From: Octopus vulgaris
Lineage: Eukaryota
NCBI GenBank assembly: GCA_951406725.2
Contig: OX597827.1
Span: 1,426,001-1,490,000, forward strand
DNA: 64,000 nucleotides
Direction: 5' to 3'
The notes beneath the pieces were generated by a model. The model worked only from the letters and a program-made list of their open reading frames with translations, ran no database searches and had not been told where the DNA came from. Numbering within the stretch: the stretch's first letter is position 1; each line of letters opens with the position of its first letter. Positions 25,029 through 37,752 of this stretch are shown piece after piece. Both the position numbers and the translations under genes were made by a program.

Positions 25029-26055
25029 CAAGGCTATTTGTCTGAGGGCGTTAAGCACTTGCTATGTGCTGCTGTGTTCCTGTCAGTTTATGTAGCTCTG
25101 CAGACACTCTGTTTACGAATTCTCATCTTTGGTCTTTCATCTGAAGTTTTATACAGTCTTGCCGACAAATAACATCCTCAAAGAGAACTTCCCCACACTT
25201 TTCCGCTGTGTGATCTTTCTAAGGTCGAGCCTCAAACCATTTGGAAAAGTTATCCATTGCAACAACAGTAACCATAATCTGTTTTCGGCAAACTGATGCT
25301 ATCGACACCAGTTTGGACCATCACTTCGTTTGGCACCGGAACAGGATGAAACGCACCAGCATTAATTTTGTGAACAGGGTTCGCTTTATGACACCGATCA
25401 CAAGAGAAAACGAACTCTTTCGTGTCTTTGGCCACATTTTTCCGATAAAACATCTCAAAAATTTCAACCCTTGTTCTATCGACACCAAGATGACTTCCTA
25501 AGCAGTGGGCAGGGTCACAATCTCCACAAACCATGTGAATATTTGAAATAATACTCTTCTGTTCATCCGGACTCCCAATGAACAAGACTTCTCGGTATTC
25601 ATTTTCAGAATTTCTTACTCTCTCTGCTCTGTGGCGACCACTCCGAGCAACATAATGCTTAGAAAGCCTACGTAGGTTTGCCTTTTTCGTTTTTGAACAT
25701 AGGACGTCCATATTTGTTGTTAACAACTTAATCAAGTATCAAATCAATGTTGTTAGCTTTGTCTTCTGTTCTGAAAGTAGCCATTCTGGATATGCTTCTT
25801 TCAAATTTCTTCTGCTTTTAGTAACTAAGCGAAAACTCCAACTAAATGAAAGTTCCGACTTTCTCTTTGATTTGCAAATGTACATTACGCACACACGCAC
25901 ACATAATAAACATCAACACACATTTAATGGGTTCACCCATTATCTCCCTATTTGCTATTACGGTGACGAACATTTGAGGAAGGATTTGGGGTGGGGGCAA
26001 TCTGAAATCGTAGAGGGTAATCTGAATGGGAGGTAATCTGAAATCGATATACCCG

Positions 26056-26560
26056 ATAGTCAATAAATTCGGCCTGCACCCATTATCCTGCAGCCTTAGC
26101 GCGGGCTGGTTCCCTCGACTCACCGCTCTGAATGACAATTAGAAGAGGTTTCTCGACGCGCGTGGCTCTCCGTCTCAGCCGCAGCCAGTTGGTCTTGACT
26201 GCGGAAGGGGTAAGTGCCCGGATTAAATAACCCTCTTCCCACACGAAAGAAGAGGGATATTTATGCTGCGACACATTCTCCGGCTCCAACCTTGCTGTAT
26301 CAGCTGCAAACCCGGGTATCACCGCCCTAAACACAGAGGAAGGAAATAGAGAGAGTTACAAAGGTCTGACCAGCCGCTATCAGTTTGAAATCGTTGCCGT
26401 TGTGACCTCGGGTGTCTTCGAACCCCGCACTAAAATTTTCCTCCGCAAAACGGTGGTCCGTCTGGGAAATGAACCACACGAAGTGGAATGGCTGCTGTAG
26501 CGAGTGTCGCTGGCCATTCTTTCCGGCAACGCTTTTGAAATCATGACCGCGGGGCGCTGC
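26056..26560 (+). pseudogene. CRE-like retrotransposon C-terminus (zinc-knuckle end plus restriction-like endonuclease)
   Basis: GLHPLSC.LSAGWFPR..ALND; CPD.ITLFP; CDTFSGSNL; YQFEIVAVVTSGV; EPHEVEWLL*RVSLAI..GNA, with frameshifts. Confidence 0.8.
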
Positions 26561-27862
26561 TAAATACGCCATTCATCTGAGACGTGCGGCCAGTTGCTCC
26601 CCACTTCATCTTCTGCTGTTTCATCTTGCATTATTTTTCTCTTCCCTGTTTCTTTGTTTCCTTCTAATTAAAGTGGCTGTGTGGTAAGAAGTCTGCTTCC
26701 CAACCACATGGTTCTGCGTTCAGTTTCACTGCGTGGCACCTTGGGCCTGTGTTTTCTGCTGTAGCCGCAAGATGACCAAAGCCTTGCGAGTTGATTTGGT
26801 TAAGGGAAACTGAAAGAAGCCCGTGGTATAACTATACCATAATGGAGAAAGCTGTTTATTAATTAGATATGTAACAATTACTAAAAGCACTAAAAGAAAG
26901 TGATTATTAAAGGGTTGACCGTCGCGAAATATTTTTATAAATTCATGTTCTACGAAATTTCCTATAATTTCGATTTCTCAAGTTTACTGAAATTTTTTAA
27001 CTCCATTTTCTCGCAAATTTAAATATTCATTGCATTCACTGCAGAGTATTCCATTTTCATTTCCTAAGTCTCACTTTCTCATTTAAGTTTTTATTCGCTA
27101 TTTGGAAAACATACAGTTTATTCAATTACTGTATACATAATGTAAAAGCATTATTTATTGATTGAAAATTTAAAAAATACCCGTAAAATTTTGAACGCGG
27201 GATAGAAAGTTAGGTAATTACTTTTAGAAGACGAGGAGAAAAAAAGTTACCGACAAGTACTCGAGACTTGCATCTTATTCACAGTTTCCAAACACTCTGT
27301 ACCACAAAGCTAATATATGCACAAACAAGTTGCACGAGTGACTTCAACAGTGACACACACACACACACAGTAATACATACTTGCGCACACACATAGATAC
27401 ACATACAAATGAAAGGCAATGAATGTGTGTGTATGTGTTTGTGTATTGTTCACTGACAAAACTTTGTGCAGCATCACTTTTGTGAAGTTTTGTCAGTGAA
27501 CAGGTCGCGGTTTCAAAGCGACGAAAATAATTTTGACACAAATGAAATTTTAATGTTGAAGTGAAACTGGTACTTCTTAAATACATTTCTAGGTTGCTTT
27601 GAAGGGAAAGTAAAACTTGACAAACTGCTTCTCCCTCTGTTGTTGGACTACCGTGATGTTTGTTTTAAAAAGAGAGACTATGACTGTGATAAAATAATGA
27701 AAGCAATATTTACTAAGCAAGTGAGCACAATTATACAAAGAAATAAAATATTAAAATTATTAAAATATTAAAATTATTAGAATCGGAAATTAATTGTGAA
27801 AATATCATCAAGAGGCTAAGAGAAAACCGCCCGGAAGGCTGTCTTTCTGCTAGTATATATAT

Positions 27863-29274
27863 TCTTTATTCTTTTATTATTTTACTTTTTTCAACAGTCA
27901 TTTGAACAACTCGAGCCCAGGACGTATTCTTTGTAAGCCTGGTACTTATTCTATCGGTCTCTTTTGCCGAACTGCTAAGTTACGGGGACATAAATACACC
28001 AGCATCGGTTGTCAAGCGATGGCGGGGCGACAAACACAGACACACAACTACACACACACACACACAGATATGCAGGAAGTAAATAGATACCTTTAATTTT
28101 CAAAATCTTTTATTTAATACGCAAAGCGAACAATTGAAATGTTATCGATAGGTAGGACTCCATACTTTAGTATTTAGTTGACATTCCTTTTGCAGTTTTT
28201 GATTCAGAAACTCTTTTTTGGCATTGAACTGATGAGCTTTATGATTGTCTATTATGAAATATCTGCCCACTTTTCACGCAACAATCAAAACAACTCATTT
28301 TTAGATATAGGTTTCTGTCCAGTTTTTCGTATAGTCTATCTAGTATGCTCCAAAGATTTTCAATTAGGTTCTTGTCAGGAGATTGGCTCGGCCAAGGAAG
28401 CTTTTTGTTTCCACTTCAGTCAGCCATTGTTGATTCATTTTCTCTGTGCGGCATGGAGCCCTATCTTCCACGAATAAAAATTCATTTTTCGTTATGTTAT
28501 CGTGTGAATACATCGGAAGTAATCTTTGCTCAAGTATTTCGATGTATTTTTCAGAGTTTATGGTTCCAACACATTCCATCAGCTCAGAACAACCATTGCT
28601 GGTGACAGCTCCCTATACCGTTACAGAGATACTGCCATGTTTCACAAGCGGTTGGAGTTGTTTCAAGTCAAATTCTTGACTGGGAAGCCTTCAGACCCAA
28701 ACACGTCAAATGTCTGAAAATAATGCAAATCTGGATTCATCTGAGGAAATCACTCTATCCCAAAATGAACTGGATTTTTCTGACATCTCCTTAGCCCATT
28801 TCTTTCTTTTCATGATATTAATTGGTTGAAGGAGAGGCTTTCTTCCAGCTACTCGTCCATAAGACCCAAGCTTTTGCAGGTATGTAACACACATTCTTGG
28901 ACTAACTTCTAGCTGTTTTGCAATATCAGAAGCCTTCAAACGGGGTTCGTTTTCCACAATTCTCTTCAAACAGCGAAGCTTCCTTTCCGTGGGTCCAGGT
29001 CGGCCGGAACGAGAATCTGTTGATTCTTTTCCTTGACTTTTGAATTGCACTATAATTCTATTAACAGTAGCAAGAGGAATTTGAAGATTTTCGGCAAATT
29101 TTAGTTGCCTAAATTTTACACCTCTGAAAACATATTAAGACGCTTAGATAAGAAATTTTGAAAATTAAAGGTGTCTATTTACTTCCTGCATGTGTGTAAG
29201 TGTGTGTATGTATGTATGTATGTATGTATGTATGTATGTATGTATGTATGTATGTATGTATGTATGTATGCATG

Positions 29275-29315
<41 letters not shown>

Positions 29316-29499
29316 GACAGGCTTCTTTCAGTTTCCGTCTACCAAGTGTCTTCTGCTATATGTCATATTTTCCGTTTGTTGTCTTCTTTTATTTAATCCT
29401 TCTGTAGTAGAAGACTCTTGGCTAAGGTGCTCCGCAGTGGAATTGAACCCGGAATCATGTGTTTGGGAAGCTTCTTACCATACAGCCACTCCTGCGCCT
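27863..29499 (-). mobile_element. SINE family A split by Tc1 (tail 27863-28060, head 29313-29499)
   Basis: The two halves of one SINE flank the Tc1 element at the SINE's internal microsatellite. Confidence 0.8.
28070..29191 (-). mobile_element. Tc1-family transposon with decayed transposase
   Basis: ~37-bp TIRs ATGCAGGAAGTAAATAGA(T/C)ACCTTTAATTTTCAAAAT; [44 protein letters not shown] motifs; frameshifted. Confidence 0.92.
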
Positions 29500-29539
29500 A
29501 TAGGAAAGTTTTCTGGAGAAGTTAGTTGATTGGTGAGCG

Positions 29540-29894
29540 CTGTGTCTGTGTGTTCGAGGCTTGGCTGGAGATGTTGCGAGGCGTGCGGGTGTGTACCTGT
29601 GTTTGTCTGTGTACGTGAGCGTATGCATGCATATGTATCTGTGCTTGTGACTGCATGTGTGTGTGCGCGTGCATGTGTTTATGTGTATGCTTGTGTGTGA
29701 TTGGGATGTGTGCGCTCGTGTGAGTGTGTACTTGTGTCTGCGTTTGTGCATGTGTGTGTGCTTGCGTGAGATTGTTTGCGTATGAGTGTGTGCTTGTGTA
29801 TGCGTGTGTATGTGTATAAGTGTGCATGTGTGTGTGAGAGAGAGAGGGAAAGAGGGAGAGAGAGATAGAGAGAGTGTATGTGTATAAGTGTGCA

Positions 29895-29947
<53 letters not shown>

Positions 29948-30010
29948 TAGAGATAGAGAGAGTGTATGTGTGTGTGTGCATTTTGAAACCGCAATGTGTC
30001 TGTGTGTCCG
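29540..30010. repeat. Degenerate (TG)n/(GA)n array
   Basis: Directly visible. Confidence 0.9.
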
Positions 30011-30109
30011 AACTGCGATGTCGATGCAAAGACGTTGCTCTCTCAGCGCGCGACGGTGTGTGGTGGACGCGTGTGTCATCGCGAGCACGTGGACGCGCGT
30101 TTTGTGTTT

Positions 30110-31475
30110 CACTTATTTCAAGCCATTAGACTGCGGCCATGCTGGGGCACCGCCTTGACGGGTTCAAGCGAACAAATCAATCTCAGTACTTACATCTCTA
30201 AATTCTGGTACTTACTTTATGGGACTCCTTTTGCCGGCCGAACCGCCAGAAAACGGGGACGTAAACAAACCAGCATCGATTGTCATACGGTAGGGATTAG
30301 ACTACAAAGACACACACACACACACATGCACACTCACACACAAATACACACTCGCACACACCTACCCACGCGCACACACATATATGAATCGATATTTTTA
30401 TTCTTTTATGTATATCTGCCCAAAGGTTGTGGCCTCGCTGGAGCACCGACAGTGTCATCACCACGTCGGAGATCTTGGCCGCAGATCAAGGTGCTTCTTG
30501 AAAACATCTACCCTCCATGTAGATCTCTCAGATTTTTGGCGAAGGCGCAGGCGTGGCTGAGTGGTAAGAAGCTTGCTTCCTAACCGCATAGTTCCGAGTT
30601 CAATCCGACTGCGTGGCACCTTGGGCAAGTGACTTCTACTATAGCCTCGGGCCGACCGAAGCCTTGTGAGTAGATCTGGTAGATAGGAACTGAAAGAAGA
30701 CCGTCGTATATATGTGTACGTGTGTGTGTGTGTGTTATGTTGTGTGTGAGTGTGTGTGTTTTCTCCCCTCCCCCACAATCGTTTGCTAACCGATGCTGGT
30801 GTGTTTGTGTTCCCGTAGCTTAACAGGTCGGCAAAAGGTAGCCGAATGCTGTGAATGAACGGGCTTTGCACGTATACCCGAATATAAGATTATTACTAAT
30901 GCAGGAGTGGGTGTGTGGTAAGTAGCTTGCTTACCGACCACATGGTTCTGGGTTCAGTCCCACTGCATGGCACCTTGGGCAAGTGTCTTCTACTATAGCC
31001 TCGAGCCAAACAAAGCCTTGCGAGTGGATCTGGTAGACGGAAACTGAAAGAATAAGTACTAGGTTTACAAAGAATAAGTCCTGGGGTCGGGTCAATTAGC
31101 TCGACTAATAGGCGGTGCTCCAGCATGGCCACAGTCAAATGACTGAAACAAGTACAAGAGTAAATACTGACTGCTCGAATTTTACTACCTTCCTACACCT
31201 GTATCCTTGGATCTTACCTTTACATATCATTATGTATATATATATATATATATATATATAATTGAGTCACAAAGCACCTGGTCGGCGCACAGGTATCTCT
31301 TTACTTGTTTTAGTCGTTAGACTGCGACCATGCCTTGAAGAGTTTTAAGTCGAAAGAATCGTACCAAGTGCTACTTTTTAAAAGTCTAATTCTTTTCTGT
31401 CAGCTTCTTATGCCGAACCGCTAAGTTACATGGACAAACGGTGGTGGTAGGGACAAACATACACAAACACAGATA

Positions 31476-31541
<66 letters not shown>

Positions 31542-31700
31542 GGTGGGATTCTTTTAGTTTCCATCTTCGAAAGCTGAAAGGCTTTGGTCAGTCTGAGTTG
31601 CAGTAGAAGACAATCCACCCGGTGTGTTGCGCAGAGGGAGAGGGTTGGGAACCGTAGGAGTGGAGAGCAAACTTCTTAACATGCAGCTACGTCTGCGACC
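30110..31700. mobile_element. Cluster of four family A SINE pieces (30110-30305 -, 30544-30845 +, 30900-31165 +, 31298-31700 -)
   Basis: Homology to family A head and tail in both orientations. Confidence 0.8.
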
Positions 31701-32643
31701 GTAGTTACGCCTGCTCCAAAAGGTATGTATGTATGTGTGTGTGTGCGTGCGTGTGTGTGTGTGTGTGCGTGTGTGTGTGTGTGTGCGTGTGTGTGTGTGT
31801 GTTAACGCTTGTATACACACAGTTATGTTTATGCATGCATATATATATATGTGCTTAGGCATGTCTGTATATATGTGTAACAAGATGAAGGTCTCACTAT
31901 GTATGTGTTCACGCATCTATGTATATGTATGTGTGAAAGATTGTGTATGTGTGTGTATATTTTGAAGGGCCTTAACATTTAATACCTATGTGTATGTGTG
32001 AATTCGTATGTATGCGTGCATGTGTGTATCCGTGTGTGTGTGCATGCATGTGTGTGTGCATGCATGTGCGTGCGTGTCCGTCTATGTATATGTATGTGTG
32101 AATGATTGTGTATGTGTGTATCCGTGTGTGTGCATGCATGTGCGAGCGTGTCCGTCTATGTGTATGTATGTGTATGCATATATCTGTACCTAGTTGTACG
32201 CATCTATAACTATATAAATAGGTTCGCTCCTGCGTATGAGTGTGTGTGCGTGTGTGTGTGTGTGTGTGAGTGCCCAGTCGCATATATGTCGACATCTATG
32301 CATACGGGTGCAATCGCACGTGTGTGTGTGTGTGTGTGTGCTAATGTCTATACCCATGCGAGTGTGTGTGTGTGTGTTTGTGTGCGTGCGTGCGTGCTGC
32401 CCTTGTCACTTCGTATTGTGTTTAGATCAACCGCTTCAACAGTCTTCAACAAAATTACATAATTTTGACTGTTTTTAGCTTTTTTATTATTCATTTTAAA
32501 AAGAAAAAAAAAGGGAGGTGGTTTTCGTCGCCAGAATGCAAAATTTCTTTGGTGTCAGAAGAATTTGAAAAAATAAGAGAAAATCTCGTGAAAATTTGAA
32601 ATATTTCAGATCGGCGGAAGAAATGTTAACAAAGTCCGTAAAT

Positions 32644-33042
32644 GGGTTCAAGAGTGGCTGTATGGTAAAGGAGTTTGTTTACTAACCACATGGTTCCGGG
32701 TTCAGTCGCACTGCGTTGCACATTGGGCAAGTGCTCTCTACTTTAGCCTCGGGACGACCAAAGCCTTGTGAGTGGATTTGGTAGACGGAAACTGAATGAA
32801 GCCCGTCGTATATATATATGTGTGTGTGTGTTTGTTTGTTACTGCACCATCGCTTGACAACCGATGTTGGCGTCTTTACATCCCTGTAACTTTGCAGTTC
32901 GGCAAAGTAAGCAGTTAGCGTAAGTACTAGGCTTACAAAGGATAAGTCCTGGGGGGGGGGTTGATTTGTTCGACTAAAGGCGGTGCTCCAGCAAGGTTGC
33001 AGTCAGATGACTGAAACAAATAAAAGAATAAAAAAAGAAAAG
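32644..33042 (+). mobile_element. SINE family A, full copy
   Basis: Homologous to 9929-10335. Confidence 0.88.
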
Positions 33043-33225
33043 AATATATGCCTGTATGGTTGCTTGTTTCTGTGCCAATTTCCTCGCTTTCTCTGCATTT
33101 GGTGCTTCTACGTGTTTTAGTGTCGGGTTATGTTTCATGGTAAAAGATAACCCTAAGAAGGTGTTTACTAAGACACCTTCACATACACTGTGTCGGGGAC
33201 CATTCCTCCCGCCCGGCTATAATTT

Positions 33226-33490
33226 ATCATCGTCATCATAGTCGCTGTCGTCATCGTCACAGTTGCTCTCGTCGTCATCATCATCATCATAACCACCGCC
33301 TTCTTCTTCTTCTTCTTCTTCTTCTTCTTCTTCTTCTTCTTCTTCTTCTTCTTCTTCTTCTTCTTCTTCTTCTTCTTCAACACACGAAGCTAAACAACAA
33401 CAAGAACAGGCACAACAGCAGCAACAACAATGAAAGCGACAACACTGAGAACAACAACACCAGCAACTACAACAGCAACATAACAACAAG
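33226..33490. repeat. (TCA)n/(TTC)n/(CAA/CAG)n trinucleotide tracts
   Basis: Pure (TTC)n at 33301-33378; explains the poly-E/K/D/C ORFs. Confidence 0.95.
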
Positions 33491-33494
33491 GGTG

Positions 33495-33690
33495 GGGGCG
33501 CAATGGCCCAGTGGTTAGGGTAGCGGACTCGCGGTCGTAAGAACGCGGTTTCGATTCCCAGACTGGGCATTGTGAGTGTTTATTGAGCAAAAACACCTAA
33601 GCTCCACGAAGCTCCGGCGGGGGCTGTGGGTGAACCCCGCTGTACTCTTTCACCACAACTTTCTCTCACTCATTCTTCCTACTTCTCCCA
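33495..33690 (+). mobile_element. SINE family C, 5' part
   Basis: GGCGCAATGGCCCAGTGGTTAGGGTAGCGGACTCGCGGTCG matches the head at 16858. Confidence 0.85.
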
Positions 33691-33899
33691 CAAAGTGTAA
33701 CCCACTATGGTGTGATAAACTTTCAGACCCTAGTCTAGATTGCGAATCCTCTGTACCCCAGGGTATGAGGAAAAGAGAGCGAACGAGAGAGAGGAAGAGA
33801 GAGATGAAACAGAAAAACAGAGGATTATGAGATGAGTAGAAGAATGAATAAGTGTGTCTGCTTGAATGAAGTTAGTGATAAAAGGATGGGGATCGGAAG

Positions 33900-34250
33900 A
33901 AGTTTTTGGACTTCAGAAAGGTCTCTGGATGAAGGGAACTCTTTTGGATCATCCACTTCTCTGCCAAACAAAGCCTACACCTCCGGTTGCTGTTAACATG
34001 TGACTGAAGTTTCTAAGCTTTCTTTAACTGAAGTTGTGTCTTAACGCTTTAATGTTTCGTCTGCTTGGGTCTTAAAGGAGGAGCAATGGTTGTTTAGTTG
34101 GAATTTGGAAGGACCTCCAGTTGTTCCGACAAATCACTGTATTTGCGTCGTTTCAAAAGGGTCTTCAGCACGACTTCCACTCCAAATACGATGGCATCTG
34201 TGTTACATTGTCCATAAAGTAGGCATGCATTATTACCAGTGTTTGGTTTA
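33900..34250 (-). pseudogene. Penelope-like GIY-YIG endonuclease remnant
   Basis: Minus strand: CLLYGQCNTDAIVFGVEV ... NNHCSSFK ... RRCRLCLAEKWMI (C.LC..EK..I motif), frameshifted. Confidence 0.65.
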
Positions 34251-34499
34251 GGACATTAAATTAATATATATAAACACACACACACACACGCGCGCATGCA
34301 GGCACGCACACACTAGCACAAATACATTTGTGTATTTATTTATATCTGAATAGGATTAGCTACTTAGTATGCCTAATCTTAATCTAATCTTTAATTTGTA
34401 TTATTTTCTTTTTTATTTTGTAATTTTGTTTGAAATTTTCTTTTGTTAGTTTATATTTCCATGGAGGCTGTCCGTCGTGCCGTATATGACAGGAGATAT

Positions 34500-34615
34500 T
34501 CACTTTAGCTCTGGGTTCTCCTCCGCTGGTCAATGCATTGGGCGACAACCTTCCTCCACCGAGTTCTGTCGGCTGCTACTCTTGCTAATCCACTCCACAT
34601 AATGTTAATTGTTTT
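34500..34615 (-). mobile_element. RTE LINE extreme 3' fragment
   Basis: WSGLARVAADRTRWRKVVAQC matches the RTE ORF2 terminus (A.DR..WR..V). Confidence 0.65.
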
Positions 34616-35526
34616 CAGGTCGACTCGAAATGTTCGTGTATATAAGTCGAGGTATTTTATATATGGTCGAACTATTTTATACATAAATTTAACTGAAAAT
34701 GCCGAGGTGTGATTTATTGGCGTGGAAAAAGTTGACACAAAATTTAAATATAGAGAAAAAAAAATTGCATCGCGACTTAACCCTATATTAGGGGTGCGAT
34801 TTATACACGGGTTTAAGTTTATAAAATTAAAATGATTTACTATGCTGGTAATGATATGATCATATTGGAAAATGAACGTTTTCGGTATGATCATACTTCT
34901 GAAAAGATTGAGGATGGTTGATAGAGAGAGGGAGAGAGAGAGAGAGGGGGGGATCAGTCAAAGCAACGAAGGGAAGGGAAGAGACAACGAAAGAGAGGTG
35001 AGGTGAGAGAGAAAGAGAGAGGGAGAGAAAAAGAAAGAGGGAGAGAGTAAAAGAGGGGGAGTGAGAAAGGAAGAGAGAGAGAGAGTGAGATGGAAAGAAT
35101 GAGGGAGTGAGAGAGAGAGAGAGAGGGGGTGGAATGGAAAAGAGTTATGCAGAAACAAAGAAACAATCATTGAAAAACAAAGATACTAAAACGTTATTGT
35201 TTAACTCCGGTCAACCATGACCAAGCAGACTAACAATGAAAAGCATTCCGTCCATGACCATCCCGTTTTAATCGACTTTAATTCTGCAAAGGAAAAAGAA
35301 ACCTTTAATATATACATATAATACATACACAAGTGTGCTCATGTATTTAAAAATTACACATTCGGTATATTTTCTCTGAGCATAGAGACGATATTACTAG
35401 CAAAGAAGTGTTGTTAAACTATGCACATCTACAACGCCTTCATCAGCAGGCAAAGAGCAAGTATGGTAGAAGGCTACTCGCTTTATCAATTTAGCACTGT
35501 CATAAAGTAGACCCAGAATCTATCAA

Positions 35527-35562
<36 letters not shown>

Positions 35563-35569
35563 TCATTTA

Positions 35570-36414
35570 TCGTTTTTGGAACAGACAAAAAAGCTTATGT
35601 ACCATCATGGAGATTAACTACCTTACTGATGTGAATATCACTTCAAAGAGCAAGAGAATCTGCAGACAACTGTTTCGAAACCGCCAATTTCTACACCCAA
35701 ATAATATATTCATATTTATTTCAATAATAATTGGTGCACTTGGCTATGTTGGAAAATGTCAAGGTGAAAATCTGGAAAATTTCGGGCTTTCAGAAAAAGC
35801 TATCAACCAGATAACTCATACATTCCAAATACTAGGTTGTTTCACCTGAAATGTCGTATTTGAAAGGTAACAATAAAATGTTTCAGAAGTGTTAGAGAAC
35901 TGATTTATTTAATCAAAGTTCGATCCACGTTCATTTATGACGTTTACCCAACGATTCTCTATGTCATATATTCTATCTATCATTTAATCCATCATGCTGA
36001 ATAACTTATTTTGGCCTACCCCTTGGTTTATTTTCAAGGCTATCATCTCCCGAACGAGAGCTTTGGAACCATCTCTAAACAGTTCTGATGTCAACAATAC
36101 CATTACCAAAGGCCTGCTTGATATTACATAGAGATTCTGCGGCAGAATGACCCCGTTTATACTCATTCGAGAAAACCACTCAACATAGTTTGGTTGTTAT
36201 CATTTTCATAAGGATTGTGGGTACGAATTTTGTATACCAATATTGTTGGGAAAGGAAAGGAGTCAAGATTAAATGCAAGGTATACATAATTGAGTTTTTA
36301 AATGACTGAAATAACAAGTAGTTAAAAATGCGACATTTCATGTGAAACAACCTAATACAAGCTGTATGTGGAACAGTAAAGATCTGTAAGACTTTCTTCA
36401 AATTCAAAGTGTGA
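35570..36414 (+). pseudogene. R4/NeSL-like RLE-domain C-terminus, interrupted by a MITE
   Basis: WNRQKSLCTIMEI...FIFISIIIGALGYV...TFQI | QAVCGTVKICKTFFKF*; the frame rejoins after removing 35832-36355 plus one TA. Confidence 0.7.
35832..36355. mobile_element. Mariner-derived non-autonomous element
   Basis: TA|CTAGGTTGTTTCACCTGAAATGTCGTATTT ... AAATGCGACATTTCATGTGAAACAACCTAA|TA. Confidence 0.85.
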
Positions 36415-37324
36415 ATTTGCTTTTGTTATCTACATTCCAATCATGAAGTTTTGTATCTGTTAGAAATCAATTCCTTCCTTACAGAAATATTACAAATAAT
36501 TAAAAACAAGCGAGAACATGCGTACATGCAAACATACATACATAATACATACATACATACATACATACATACATACATACATACATACATACATACATAC
36601 ATACATACATACATACATACATGCATACATACGTGTGTGTTTCTGTGAGTTATATTTTTCCTCTTAAATATTATTGATTTACATATTTTAAAGTCATTTA
36701 GAGTTTTAAAGGTTATTCTTCGTGTTTCTTTCTTCTTTTAGATTATCATAGAAGTTTTGAGAGAGTGACATTGTTGAACTGAAAACTCGAGCTACTGAAA
36801 ATGTTAGGGAGTGAAAACGAGAAATGACGTAATCTTAAAACAAGGTTGTTACGCAGAGAGTTTCTTTCGTCACATCTACACTGGAAATAAAAATACATTA
36901 TTAATTATACTATCATATGAAGATTACAGTATCTTAAAACTATTATAAGCAAAGAACTCGCCTTTGCTTTCATTGTAGAGAACAGGAACAAAAGATATTA
37001 TTTTATTAACACTGTTATACCACGATAAACTAAACTGTATTTGTTTCATATTCTTTAAAAGTGCGCCTTACAATTTCTCTCTAGATTTCCCTGTCACGCC
37101 AGTCAGCTCTTATCAGTTTTCTTTGGAATAGTCAGGAGACTTTGGCAATAGGAGGTGTCAGTCAAATTCAGCAAAGCGACATCGTGTCTCGTAGTACCTT
37201 AATAAAATTTTGGAGGACAGCTGCTGTGATGCACTTTCAAACAATTCTGCTATTTTCTACCTGGCTATGTCAAAGTCTATGAGCATGCACACATATATAT
37301 ATATGTGCGTATATAAGTATATAT

Positions 37325-37752
37325 GGATCTTTGCAGTTTGAACGGCAGTTTTTTCTAGCGGTGTCATATGAAATTGTCACTCATAATTATGACCTTAGTA
37401 TCGATCTATTGCATTTCAATCTGTTTTAGGGTTAAGGTCAATTAGGGTTAGAGGTGGGGGGAAGGGTATCTTTTTTTCTTCAGAAATGTAAATAAACCCA
37501 ATCTGTTTCTTAAACGAGGGACATTTTCATACGGCACAGAATGTTTTCACCTCAATAGACGGTCATTGATTGGTTGAAATTGCAGAAATTGAAGAAAAAC
37601 AACAACAAATATCTTACAAACTATAGAATTTTCTCAATAAAGCCAAGAGAAAAAGATGTTTTATAAACACATTCTACCACTATACGAAGTTTAAAATTGT
37701 TTAGTTACGTGGAAAATAGTTTAAAAAATTGCCGTTCAAACCGAAAAGATCC
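37325..37752. mobile_element. Merlin-like MITE, copy 2
   Basis: Same TIRs and body as 24138-24541; 8-bp TSD gtatatat/gtatatgt. Confidence 0.85.

Larger units (their letters stand above)
23950..26055 (-). mobile_element. Ginger1/GIN-like element: stand-alone Gypsy-type integrase pseudogene
   Basis: ATG at ~25784; K.NLRR N-terminus; HHCC zinc-binding region (IHMV...SHLGVDRT...CDRC); VD..SLP...Y catalytic start; FTPFEILYNRQATLP; GPY/F-like GRYAVAEVCGKNTYRL...KVNATNLTRY; no RT or RNase H upstream; repeated AATCTGAAATCG near the putative terminus. Confidence 0.7.

Noticed and set aside
33168-33570. Poly-E/poly-K/poly-C ORFs
   Set aside because: They derive from (TTC)n, (TCA)n and (CAA)n tracts plus the antisense SINE C head.
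33715-33765. CAGAGGA...GAAA on minus downstream of the Penelope endonuclease remnant
   Set aside because: Core mutated and helices do not form; position is suggestive only.
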